Part shown: positions 8,867 to 17,862 of the stretch, piece by piece | Layout of the letters: every line of letters begins with the position of its first letter | How positions within the stretch are numbered: position 1 is the stretch's first letter | Source of the DNA: a virus | IMG/VR virus record: IMGVR_UViG_3300020411_001722 | Location: 15,653 to 79,652 of that record | Direction: 5' to 3' (one strand) | DNA length: 64,000 nucleotides | Made by a program: the position numbers and the translations under genes | Notes under the pieces: generated by a model | The model's input: only the letters and a program-made list of their open reading frames with translations | The model's database searches: none | What the model was told of the DNA's origin: nothing

Positions 8867-9013
8867 TCATTGGCATAATTCCTCGAAACGTTGATAAACA
8901 ATGGACTCAATTTCTTTTTGAGTATACATTGTAATATTTCCTGTTTGAGTTGCCTCGTCTATGAATTCCTCATAGATTGTTTCAAGAAGTGCTTCATGAT
9001 GTAGAGTGCTCAT
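8867..9013 (-). CDS. Small acidic hypothetical protein (48 aa)
   Basis: Manual translation MSTLHHEALLETIYEEFIDEA...RFEELCQ; ATGA overlap with the upstream gene. Confidence 0.55.
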   Translation of the reverse strand: MSTLHHEALLETIYEEFIDEATQTGNITMYTQKEIESIVYQRFEELCQ

Positions 9014-9201
9014 GCTGTCACCTCATTAAGAATTGTTGCAACCTGATTGTTTCTTGTGTCACTGTACTCAATGCCCTGATCGAGTAGAAAGTCCCATGCT
9101 AGTTCGTAGTCAGGGAGTTGACCATCTTCGGCATTGATGAAGAGATAACCAAGATAACCTCTTAGGTCGTCTAGGATTTCAGTTGAAATACACATTGGCA
9201 A
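9010..9201 (-). CDS. Hypothetical protein
   Basis: First ORF after promoter module C. Confidence 0.6.
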   Translation of the reverse strand: MPMCISTEILDDLRGYLGYLFINAEDGQLPDYELAWDFLLDQGIEYSDTRNNQVATILNEVTA

Positions 9202-9226
9202 AGGTGTGTTTGTTGTTTACTCTTAT

Positions 9227-9286
9227 ATTATACCAATAAAAAACCCCCTGAGTAGGGGGTGTGTGTCAGTTTGTGGACTGTCACAT
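9227..9286 (-). promoter_or_regulatory. Early promoter module C with embedded terminator
   Basis: ATGTGACAGT-6-ACTGACACAC, hairpin ACCCCCT-ACTC-AGGGGGT plus a T run, then TGGTATAAT. Confidence 0.7.
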
Positions 9287-9603
9287 CATTTGGAGAATTC
9301 TGCCTGATAACGATCTTTTGCGTAGTTTACAAATGTTACGATTTGTTTCGAAATCGCATTGTAAGCAAACTTGAGATCTTTACCTAGTAGATCAACCTCA
9401 TAGGAGTGGATCTGCCATCTGATGATGATGTCCTTTTTGTAGTCTTCCAATGTTAAAAGTGGAGTGGGTGCCTTGACTTCAAGGGTTTCAACTACTCCTC
9501 TTTTTGCTACCGCTTTCTTCGCTACAGTGGTTTTCTTCGCTGTTGCTGAAGTTCTTTTGCGGGTTGCTGGCATAGGATCAGGAATTTCGTTGGACTCGCT
9601 CAT
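9286..9603 (-). CDS. Hypothetical protein with basic N-terminus
   Basis: 105-aa ORF, Lys/Ala/Thr-rich N-terminal segment. Confidence 0.6.
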   Translation of the reverse strand: MSESNEIPDPMPATRKRTSATAKKTTVAKKAVAKRGVVETLEVKAPTPLLTLEDYKKDIIIRWQIHSYEVDLLGKDLKFAYNAISKQIVTFVNYAKDRYQAEFSK

Positions 9604-9654
9604 TATAAAACCTCATTGGGTAATTTGGGTTAAAATCGTAACAAATTGAAATAA

Positions 9655-10005
9655 TTACATTTTATCTAAATCTTTTCCATGCTTCATTGTACTAATTAAA
9701 TGGTCAACTTTCTCGCTATAGTTATCATCTTTCATTTCATTCTCCCATGCAAAGTATTTCTCTAATTCAGAATATGCTGCGGGACTAACACCTTGTTGGT
9801 TATCTTTCTCTGCTAATCTATACACTCTGTACTCACCAATTAGTGATAACAAATCAAATACTTCATCCTTAATTGTATCACCTTCAACGTAATTCTCTAC
9901 TTCAAGTATATAACTTGATAGAGAATCCATCATTAAATCTAACTGTCTAACAGTTAATCTGTTTTCATTGTTTTCTCTTAACTCTTCAGGAATTTGGTAG
10001 GTCAT
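9655..10005 (-). CDS. Hypothetical protein
   Basis: 116-aa ORF. Confidence 0.6.
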   Translation of the reverse strand: MTYQIPEELRENNENRLTVRQLDLMMDSLSSYILEVENYVEGDTIKDEVFDLLSLIGEYRVYRLAEKDNQQGVSPAAYSELEKYFAWENEMKDDNYSEKVDHLISTMKHGKDLDKM

Positions 10006-10006
10006 A

Positions 10007-10192
10007 TTATTGAAAGAATGAAAGTTGTCTCTCTAATTCATATTTAACACTTGCAAGATGTTGTTCACAAGCATTATACCATTTGTTATGTTTAAGTATT
10101 TCTAAACACGCATCTACCATCTCAAGACAATCTTCTGTCTCTTCATAAGTATTACCAAACATGCCAAATACTTCTTCTTCGTTGTTATTCAT
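10007..10192 (-). CDS. Hypothetical protein
   Basis: 61-aa ORF ending SVKYELERQL. Confidence 0.6.
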   Translation of the reverse strand: MNNNEEEVFGMFGNTYEETEDCLEMVDACLEILKHNKWYNACEQHLASVKYELERQLSFFQ

Positions 10193-10365
10193 TTGTCAAA
10201 ATTCCTCATTGATGAATAGAATTGTTCAGATAATATGTGTTCAATATTATCTATCTGATCATCATTAAGTATATCCACATAATGATATATTATTTCTTTT
10301 AATAAAGAATCGTCGCTTTTTACAGCATTAAATAACTCTTTCTCTATTAAATCTTTGGATCTCAT
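10189..10365 (-). CDS. Hypothetical protein (58 aa)
   Basis: Manual translation MRSKDLIEKELFNAVKSDD...; overlaps both neighbours at stop/start. Confidence 0.5.
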   Translation of the reverse strand: MRSKDLIEKELFNAVKSDDSLLKEIIYHYVDILNDDQIDNIEHILSEQFYSSMRNFDK

Positions 10366-10580
10366 TAACTCAAACCCCAGTTAATTTGTAGATAATCATC
10401 ATCATGTACTCTTGAATCTTCATCAATTAAAAATATAAATTCCTCACTAAAATACTCAGTAGATATACCACCGAGTTCTTCGCATGAGTGCATGATATCA
10501 TCAATATCTTTTACTCTCCAGAAACCTAACTCCTCAATCAGGAAATCAATGTCCTTGATGATCTGTTCGGCAATGTTCAT
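10365..10580 (-). CDS. Acidic hypothetical protein
   Basis: 71 aa, about 19 Asp/Glu; first gene after module D. Confidence 0.6.
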   Translation of the reverse strand: MNIAEQIIKDIDFLIEELGFWRVKDIDDIMHSCEELGGISTEYFSEEFIFLIDEDSRVHDDDYLQINWGLS

Positions 10581-10604
10581 GGATTTAATTCATTTGATAC
10601 ATGT

Positions 10605-10663
10605 ATTATACTGGTTATCGTAGCATAATACTATTGATGTGTCCAGTATATCAAGTGTCACAT
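10605..10663 (-). promoter_or_regulatory. Early promoter module D
   Basis: ATGTGACACT-6-ACTGGACACA, 27 bp, then TATAAT; no good -35. Confidence 0.65.
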
Positions 10664-10906
10664 ATCATTTCGTAATGTATGGCAATACTCTATGATACGC
10701 TCCCTTACGTTCATGAGTTCATTGTAACACCTCTGATTATGAGCACATGCTCTAAGAGCATTATCAGGTTTATGCACTGACTCAATGAAGAGATCAAGTG
10801 CTCTCTGATACTTTATTTCTGGTGCTTCATCATCATGTATGCTATTTTGATCTTTCATTGCTAATAGGTATTGTTGTAAGAGATAAGGGTACTGATTGTC
10901 TGACAT
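10658..10906 (-). CDS. Conserved cyanophage hypothetical protein
   Basis: RALDLFIESVHKPDNALRACAHNQRCYNELM. Confidence 0.65.
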   Translation of the reverse strand: MSDNQYPYLLQQYLLAMKDQNSIHDDEAPEIKYQRALDLFIESVHKPDNALRACAHNQRCYNELMNVRERIIEYCHTLRNDM

Positions 10907-10951
10907 ACTCCCTCGTGCGTGTACGTGCGAGCATATAGGGGCAAATGGGCA

Positions 10952-11506
10952 TTAGGGCACATTGCTTAATCCTTTTGGATCATGCTCATCTAGTGTGTAG
11001 TTTAGATGCCAAATGTATCCTAGACTATACCTAACTGGTGATTTAGTAGGTGGTAGTCCTTGATGCCATATTGTAGAGTTGAATAAGATCAATCTACCTT
11101 GCTTAAATGGTACTCTATAAGTCTCCTCTAGTTCTGTATTATAGAATACAGTGTCACCATCACCTACTACTTGATAGATGCCACTGATCCTTGTGTTACT
11201 ATTAGAATCAGTATGTGGTTGTGCATTTAGTCCTTGTGTCTGACAATTAAGTAAACACCTATCTAAATGATCTATTTTATAATCTAATAGTATATCATTA
11301 CATACACATTGATGTAAGTAATCAATAAAGAAAAAGGGTGGACATGGTGCCACCCATACTTCTCTTTCTACTAAATTACAACCAAAAAACCTACTTGTTT
11401 CATAGTCACCATAAGGTGAGTTAGTATATGTAACAGGTACAATAGGTATTTCAGATGCAACCTTATCTATTAACCAATCTGGTAAGTAACCATCAATAAC
11501 TTTCAT
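10952..11506 (-). CDS. 2OG-Fe(II) oxygenase
   Basis: HTD...GDTVFY...FKQGRLILFNSTIWHQG...RYS. Confidence 0.8.
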   Translation of the reverse strand: MKVIDGYLPDWLIDKVASEIPIVPVTYTNSPYGDYETSRFFGCNLVEREVWVAPCPPFFFIDYLHQCVCNDILLDYKIDHLDRCLLNCQTQGLNAQPHTDSNSNTRISGIYQVVGDGDTVFYNTELEETYRVPFKQGRLILFNSTIWHQGLPPTKSPVRYSLGYIWHLNYTLDEHDPKGLSNVP

Positions 11507-11509
11507 ACT

Positions 11510-12727
11510 TTAAACTAATGCTAGAGGGGGAATACCTTTGTTGAAGATAGCATCAACTACATTCTGTATTCTACTATGTGTTTTCTTTCCATATGACTTA
11601 TGTACTGGAATAGTGACATAACCACATGGTTTCTTATACATTGCGAAGCAACCTGCTGCTACTTCACCATTACGAATTCTTTGTGAATCCTCCTTATGTA
11701 GACGTATAACACGACCTACAGTTTGTGCCATCTCAACAACATTTAAGTTGCGTAATAATATAGAATGAGTTAAACCAGATACATTAATTCCTTCAGATAA
11801 TATACTGTAATGGAAGATAACAAACTTCTTATTGTTATCTGAACCCCACTCATTTAATGTTCTAAAGAACTCAGTACGATTAACTTTAGTTGCATTAACA
11901 TAAGCACCAAACTTACTGGTAATATGTAATACATCATACCCCTGCTTATATAATTCTTTGAGTAGCATTGTCTTAGTAATAATATTACCAAGAATACGAG
12001 ATGATGGTACTGATACCAATATCTTTGATGCTTGACTCTCAGGTAACGAATCAACTACATCTTCAATAGTCTTTGCATGATGCACGTGTGCATTTTCACG
12101 ACTAAAATGTGTATTTGTTTCGTATGTAATTACTTTAGGTGGTATGATTGCACCAGACTTGATTAACTCTTGTGCTGGTACTGAAATTAGTATGTCACCA
12201 TATACATCACTGTTGTTCATACCTCTGTAACTTGAGTTAGAGGTCTTAGGTGTAGCAGTGAAGAAATATGCTCTAGTAGCAACAACTTGTGCTGTTGGAT
12301 AAAAGAACTGTTTTGATGTGCTATTATGTGCCTCATCAAAATATATGGAATCAATATGTATACCTGACTCAACAATCTTATGAAGTGAGTGGTATGTTGT
12401 AAAGATTATACGATTATAATCTCTATTTGTATAGTGCCAATCATTGATTGCGTCACTATTTGTTGTGTTAATAAATCTTGTTCTGCCTGAATGACAATGA
12501 ATGACTTTGGCATCAATGTGTGCATCAAAGTCTTCACATAACTGCTGTGCTAGTAATATTCTAGGTGCAACAACCACAATGGATTGTCTATTAGAAGCAC
12601 ATAGTTGTTGTGCATGTTTAATCATAACAAAAGTCTTACCACCACCTGTAGGGATGATAACCTGACCTTTATTAGATACAGTCATTGCCTCCAGTGCCCT
12701 ATTTTGATGTGGACGTAGAGTAATCAC
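11510..12727 (-). CDS. SF2 DEAH-box helicase (type III restriction Res-like)
   Basis: LRPHQ Q-motif, PTGGGKT Walker A, DEAH, TAT, SEGINV, QTVGRVIR. Confidence 0.9.
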   Translation of the reverse strand: MITLRPHQNRALEAMTVSNKGQVIIPTGGGKTFVMIKHAQQLCASNRQSIVVVAPRILLAQQLCEDFDAHIDAKVIHCHSGRTRFINTTNSDAINDWHYTNRDYNRIIFTTYHSLHKIVESGIHIDSIYFDEAHNSTSKQFFYPTAQVVATRAYFFTATPKTSNSSYRGMNNSDVYGDILISVPAQELIKSGAIIPPKVITYETNTHFSRENAHVHHAKTIEDVVDSLPESQASKILVSVPSSRILGNIITKTMLLKELYKQGYDVLHITSKFGAYVNATKVNRTEFFRTLNEWGSDNNKKFVIFHYSILSEGINVSGLTHSILLRNLNVVEMAQTVGRVIRLHKEDSQRIRNGEVAAGCFAMYKKPCGYVTIPVHKSYGKKTHSRIQNVVDAIFNKGIPPLALV

Positions 12728-12750
12728 TTAAAACATGAAATAAAGAACGG

Positions 12751-12898
12751 GTTGAGGGAACGGGGCATTGACCTAGGTTTCACCTAGATGCCCAAATTTA
12801 CCTACTGGGAATCGCTTACACCTGAACCCCTACTACTCATATCTTAGTAGGATAACCCCACAAATGAGTTTCGGGCAGTAGAACCGTTATCCCTCAAC
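12751..12898 (-). ncRNA. Candidate structured non-coding RNA (family not identified)
   Basis: Fills the gap between MTase and helicase; its ends pair (GTTGAGGGAtaACGG / CCGTTCCCTCAAC) and there are several internal helices. Confidence 0.55.
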
Positions 12899-12905
12899 AA
12901 ATATA

Positions 12906-13856
12906 TTATAGACCAAACATGACCTGTTCCAACAGTGAGTGTGCTGGTTCCTCATCTGGCACACGCTGTTGTATCAACTCACCATATCCCTCGTGCAGTT
13001 CACAACCAATATAATCTCTACCCAACTCACGTGCCACCATAGCAGTGGTACCTGATCCCATGAATGGATCTAGTACAATATCCCCTTCCTCGCTTCCTGC
13101 CTTGATACAGGGTTCAATCAGATCAGGTGGATAACATGCGAAGTGTGCACCTTTATATGGTTTATTGGTCACTGACCAGACAGAGCGTTTATTCTTTGTT
13201 GGATATGATTTCGTAAGACCTGAATGTGGTTGTAGTCCTGATCCTTCGTTGTGATACTTTCCTTTTGTTCTGTCTCTGGTTCCCCAGTCTTTTGCTGGTT
13301 CTTTGATTGCTTCATTGTTATAGTAATATTTTCTATTCTTACTCAATAAGAAGATATATTCATGTGACTTAGTACATCTATCTCTTACTGACTCTGGCAT
13401 AGGATTTGGTTTATGCCATATAATATCTTGCCTTAAATACCATCCATCTGCTCTTAATGCAAATGCTAACATCCAAGGTATACCAATTAAATCTTTTTCT
13501 TTGAGTCCTTCGAGTCTGTTTCCTCTACGAGGACACACATCTGGTAGGTCTTGCTTAGTAGTTGATACTGTTTGTTTTGCCAGTCCTTGTCCTCTGCCTG
13601 GTCTGTAATTATAGTAAGAATCGCCAATATTAACCCAAAGAGTTCCATCATCTGTGAGCACATTTTTCACCTCCCTGAATACCTTCACCAGTTCATCAAT
13701 ATATTCCTCTGGTGTTTGCTCTTGACCTATTTGTTCACCTTCTCCACCATAATCACGTAATCCATAATAAGGTGGTGATGTAACACACATACGTGCTTTC
13801 TCATCAAATTGTGATAATGTCTCTCGACAATCACCAAATAATACTGTATTTCGCAT
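12906..13856 (-). CDS. Beta-class DNA methyltransferase (N4-C/N6-A)
   Basis: N-terminal TSPPY catalytic motif, C-terminal DPFMGSGTT SAM-binding motif. Confidence 0.92.
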   Translation of the reverse strand: MRNTVLFGDCRETLSQFDEKARMCVTSPPYYGLRDYGGEGEQIGQEQTPEEYIDELVKVFREVKNVLTDDGTLWVNIGDSYYNYRPGRGQGLAKQTVSTTKQDLPDVCPRRGNRLEGLKEKDLIGIPWMLAFALRADGWYLRQDIIWHKPNPMPESVRDRCTKSHEYIFLLSKNRKYYYNNEAIKEPAKDWGTRDRTKGKYHNEGSGLQPHSGLTKSYPTKNKRSVWSVTNKPYKGAHFACYPPDLIEPCIKAGSEEGDIVLDPFMGSGTTAMVARELGRDYIGCELHEGYGELIQQRVPDEEPAHSLLEQVMFGL

Positions 13857-14197
13857 TAGCGTTTTTTGACTGGTGGTAACATGTCATTTCCTGGATGATC
13901 TCCTACAGGTCTCCAGTAATTACGTTTGTTTTGGAAGTGTTGATCCTCAATTTCAAGTTCATCCCAAGCACACTCAGGACATACAACATTAACCTCATTC
14001 CATTTACTTTTAGCATGTTGAGCAACCTCTGGTGGTTTCTCCCAACGGTGAATACATATGGTTATGTACTCGTCACTTATGAAATTAATATAACCTTCTT
14101 CACCTCTCCAGCGTACTCTTCTACCCTTTTCGAGTGATTTAAGAATGTTCCTTAACTCCAACGCAACTGCCTCCGATAATAGAATAGGTATGGTCAT
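13856..14197 (-). CDS. Hypothetical protein
   Basis: 113-aa ORF coupled to both neighbours. Confidence 0.65.
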   Translation of the reverse strand: MTIPILLSEAVALELRNILKSLEKGRRVRWRGEEGYINFISDEYITICIHRWEKPPEVAQHAKSKWNEVNVVCPECAWDELEIEDQHFQNKRNYWRPVGDHPGNDMLPPVKKR

Positions 14198-14733
14198 TAT
14201 GTCAACTTAATGTAACGGTTCTCTAACTCTGGTGGAATCGGATCTGTCTCACCTATGAATATATCCATTGCCATACTGATCCGTATATTATCTGTAGGAT
14301 TCTCAGGTACACCATGCTGCATCTCACTAGGAAATACTGTCATCTCACCTATACAGTTCTTATACTTCACACGCTCATACCACGTGCCTATCTCAGGGTC
14401 ACCACGTAAGAATATATTAGCAGAGGTGTGACCTCTACCATGTGCATGTGGTTTAATACCTTCACCCTTCCTAAATGTATTTGCCCAACACTGAACAGTA
14501 CATTTACCAAAGATTGCAATTAACTTAGGTACAACAATAGATTTAACTGGATCATCCTTTAAGTAGTTATAACACCAATGCCTACCAGATAATGAGTCAG
14601 GTGCAACTTGACCTTTACCTTTAAATACATCATCACCCATTGCTTTAACATCATCCTCAATGTCAAGTATATGGTCAGCAATAATATTACTCTCAATAGA
14701 GGTTAAGAAATCGTAAGAAGTAATAGCAGTCAT
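14197..14733 (-). CDS. 2OG-Fe(II) oxygenase family protein
   Basis: CWAN...PHAH...FPSEMQHGV...RISMAMD. Confidence 0.8.
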   Translation of the reverse strand: MTAITSYDFLTSIESNIIADHILDIEDDVKAMGDDVFKGKGQVAPDSLSGRHWCYNYLKDDPVKSIVVPKLIAIFGKCTVQCWANTFRKGEGIKPHAHGRGHTSANIFLRGDPEIGTWYERVKYKNCIGEMTVFPSEMQHGVPENPTDNIRISMAMDIFIGETDPIPPELENRYIKLT

Positions 14734-15359
14734 AATGTTAGTAAATTAGTAAAGTCTCCATATGAACCATCCAACCAATAATTAAATGCTACAGAGTAAC
14801 GGTGTTCATGTGATGTATTAGGTGCAACTGAATGTACACATGTAGATGGAAATAATGCTATCAATCCGTTTCTAGGTTTTATTGCCCATTCACTAGAATT
14901 TAATAGATTCATCTCATTTAATTTTGGCATGAATACTGGACTAATATATGTTGGGTGATTAGTATCATTATGAAATGATAAATTACCTGAATTCTCATTG
15001 CATTGAATATATATTACCCCACTATAAAGACTATGAGCATGACTGTGACTATGTGCACTATCACCATTTAAATGTCTAGTTGCCCATGAGCATGTATGTC
15101 TCAATGTATATTTTCTATCTACTGATAATTCACCATGTACAAAGAAGTCTAAATGTTTCTCAACTATTGCTCTAAGTTCTGGTATATTTTCTAATACTGT
15201 TTGACTCTCTGTACATGCACCATTATATTGTTTAATATCATCAATATAATCTAAATCTTTAACACGTTGGAGTATTTCTGGTGTGATTATATCTTGTGCA
15301 AGATATAATGGTGTGGAGAACATAGGCATGATCTCCCATTTATCTGAGGGTGGTTTCAT
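14730..15359 (-). CDS. 2OG-Fe(II) oxygenase (TIGR02466-like)
   Basis: FSTP...HSH...SGVIY...FPSTCVHSV...RYSVAFN. Confidence 0.85.
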   Translation of the reverse strand: MKPPSDKWEIMPMFSTPLYLAQDIITPEILQRVKDLDYIDDIKQYNGACTESQTVLENIPELRAIVEKHLDFFVHGELSVDRKYTLRHTCSWATRHLNGDSAHSHSHAHSLYSGVIYIQCNENSGNLSFHNDTNHPTYISPVFMPKLNEMNLLNSSEWAIKPRNGLIALFPSTCVHSVAPNTSHEHRYSVAFNYWLDGSYGDFTNLLTL

Positions 15360-15485
15360 AATATACGTTGTGCTAATGATCTAGCATGTGCATTGTGTTC
15401 AAGTAATTTGTGCATCCATATTCTCTCTTCGAGAGTAACAGTACGTTGCAACTTAATTCTATATAATATTTCACATAACCTCAAC

Positions 15486-16145
15486 CTATATTCCCTGCTT
15501 AACATAATTCCAATCTGGTTCTCGATATGAATCCATTATTAATCGTCTAGTAGGTGCACTAAAGTCACCACACAACATAATATTAAAACCTAGAGAATAT
15601 CTATCCTCAGTATTATTATTAATACCAGTATAATGATCTACATGAGATGGAAAACATACAATCATACCATTCTCAGGTCTAATATTCCATTTACGACTGT
15701 TCTGTATATTATCCTCCCACACTGGTGGATCTAATGTACCTGTATTCCATGTAGCATGATTATATGATGCTTCAAATATAAGATCCCCACTATCTTCTGG
15801 AACATCAAGATATAAACAACCAGTGAACATACTATTTGTATGTCCATGTCTATTAGCACTATGACCTGTAGGATGTTTGTTAACCCAACTACACACAATA
15901 TCCATGTGCATATGATCCTCAATTGCTAAGAATTTATAGATATATTCTGCACAATGTTCAATGCAAAGTTGTTTTAAATCTGGATATTTCTCCAGTATTT
16001 GTTCATCAACTGTACAACTTCCATCTAATTGTTTAGGATAGTCATGATATTCTTCATTCTTGATATCATCAAGAGTTTTTCTTGATATTCTATTTTCATA
16101 TGTTCTAACCGATAATGGTGTAGAAAATAGTGGGAATACTTCCAT
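15486..16145 (-). CDS. 2OG-Fe(II) oxygenase (TIGR02466-like)
   Basis: FSTP...SWVN...HGH...FPSHVDH...RYSLGFN. Confidence 0.85.
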   Translation of the reverse strand: MEVFPLFSTPLSVRTYENRISRKTLDDIKNEEYHDYPKQLDGSCTVDEQILEKYPDLKQLCIEHCAEYIYKFLAIEDHMHMDIVCSWVNKHPTGHSANRHGHTNSMFTGCLYLDVPEDSGDLIFEASYNHATWNTGTLDPPVWEDNIQNSRKWNIRPENGMIVCFPSHVDHYTGINNNTEDRYSLGFNIMLCGDFSAPTRRLIMDSYREPDWNYVKQGI

Positions 16146-16387
16146 TATGTTTCTGGATGTCTGTGTACATTCTTAAGTGGTGAATCATACCGTAGATGCA
16201 GCACTTCACCTATTTCCATGATATAATCCTTTTCTTCCTGTGTTAGTTCACCATGCTTCTGGTGTAAATCCTTAATCAGTAATAATACTGCTTTCTTAAG
16301 CAATCCCTTAGCACCCTTTGTAATATATGGACTATGAAGTCCTAAAGGATAAGTTGTCATAGTGTAACTCCCAGTGTTTTGACCCAT
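16145..16387 (-). CDS. Hypothetical protein
   Basis: 80-aa ORF within the operon. Confidence 0.55.
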   Translation of the reverse strand: MGQNTGSYTMTTYPLGLHSPYITKGAKGLLKKAVLLLIKDLHQKHGELTQEEKDYIMEIGEVLHLRYDSPLKNVHRHPET

Positions 16388-16411
16388 ATTATATCTATAA
16401 GAACCCCCCAG

Positions 16412-17125
16412 TCAAATGTTTATGTTGGTAAGAGTATATTCCCTACGATCTGACTGTGGCATATCTAAACCATGCCACAACGGAATACTCATACTCAAAC
16501 GAGCATTTTTGGACGGATGGGCACAGTGATAACTGCGGGATGGTATGTATATCATATCACCTGGTGTCAAGACCACATCCATTAATGGTTCACCTAAGTA
16601 TGATTCATCACCATTGAATATAAATGAACCATGTTTAATCAGTGTGCTACACCTCTCATTATATACTTTCCAGTGTGTCTCACCTATGAGTTGCATAATA
16701 AAATTTGATGGTTGATCCCAGTGTATATTAAATGACTTAGATCCCTTACCAGTAGCACCATACAAATGTATATCACAATGTATATCAAATGTTTTCTCTA
16801 TTTTATCTAACAACTCATCACAATGTCTATTGTGGTGACCATACATTCCTATAACAAATGTATCATTATTATTAACATGTTTAAATATCTCATCTTTCCT
16901 AGGATGTTGAGCATTTAACCATGTTTCTGTTGCTTGTGCAAGATGAACCTTATTACTCTTCTTATCTAATATTTCAACATGATAGTTCCAAGGATTGTTG
17001 AGACAATCCTGTACATCCTTCCATGTAGCATAGTCCTCTGGTGTGTCGCATACCTTCTCAAATACTAAAGGTACATCACCAACATAATAATGTTCAGGAT
17101 TTAGAAAGGTAGTTGAAATGGACAT
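16412..17125 (-). CDS. JmjC/cupin-4 family oxygenase
   Basis: SFNIHWD...FIMQLIGETHWKVY...LTPGDMIYIPSRSYHCA...RLSMS. Confidence 0.85.
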   Translation of the reverse strand: MSISTTFLNPEHYYVGDVPLVFEKVCDTPEDYATWKDVQDCLNNPWNYHVEILDKKSNKVHLAQATETWLNAQHPRKDEIFKHVNNNDTFVIGMYGHHNRHCDELLDKIEKTFDIHCDIHLYGATGKGSKSFNIHWDQPSNFIMQLIGETHWKVYNERCSTLIKHGSFIFNGDESYLGEPLMDVVLTPGDMIYIPSRSYHCAHPSKNARLSMSIPLWHGLDMPQSDRREYTLTNINI

Positions 17126-17862
17126 TTACCCTCCTCATCTTTATTCAATCTGTTCATAATAATACTCCATGATTTAAATGGTTGCCAGTCCTTAAACTCT
17201 CTGTCTTGCCACAATCTTCTAACCATGTCCTTACCTTCAGGTATAGATCTCTCTAACCTGAAATCACTGGTCTTATGTGGCATGTCATCAAAGAATCGAA
17301 CAGTACATAATGGTTCACCACGTCTAATAAGTATATCCTTATCAAAAGTCTTAATGACCATACCTATAGTCATAGGTCTTAACCAATTTGATATTGGAAA
17401 ATGACCTGACACTACTTCAAAATTATGTTGTGATGGGTGTCCAGTAAACTCTACCCATACCTTCTTATGCTTAGTCCAGAATAAATGTAAGTATTGTATC
17501 TCTACCTCTGGATACTCTCCATCCCACCATCCATTTCTAACTTGAAATAATCTATTAAACTGATCCTGACCATTACATTTATCAGAACCAATCATCTTAT
17601 TCGTACTATCAATACGAAAATGTATATCAATAGGTGTATACAATGTATATCTATTCTTCATCCAACTCTTATTTGCTGGACAATGATAGTGGTCATGTGT
17701 ATTGTCTAGATCATCCCTATGTGGTGTAGGTTCAATAATATAATCATCAGGAAATGTAGGACGTTGAAAATCCTCCCAACCTGAGATACCCAACCTACCT
17801 TGTGTACTATCAGGGATAGTTGATGTCCAATTAATTACTTTACTCATGTGCGTTACCATCAA
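17101..17862 (-). CDS. Hypothetical protein with CP motif (related to 19611-20330)
   Basis: HCPA...YTPIDI...IRRGEPLCTVRF, C-terminal KCPF. Confidence 0.65.
   Translation of the reverse strand: MMVTHMSKVINWTSTIPDSTQGRLGISGWEDFQRPTFPDDYIIEPTPHRDDLDNTHDHYHCPANKSWMKNRYTLYTPIDIHFRIDSTNKMIGSDKCNGQDQFNRLFQVRNGWWDGEYPEVEIQYLHLFWTKHKKVWVEFTGHPSQHNFEVVSGHFPISNWLRPMTIGMVIKTFDKDILIRRGEPLCTVRFFDDMPHKTSDFRLERSIPEGKDMVRRLWQDREFKDWQPFKSWSIIMNRLNKDEEGKCPFQLPF

Noticed and set aside
6824-10663. Recurring palindromes as a CRISPR array
   Set aside because: Copies are about 1.1-1.4 kb apart, degenerate and tied to promoters; no spacer periodicity or cas genes.
11510-13856. Helicase plus methyltransferase as a type III restriction-modification system
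   Set aside because: The helicase is only 405 aa with no visible nuclease domain, and the methyltransferase looks like a solitary beta-class enzyme.
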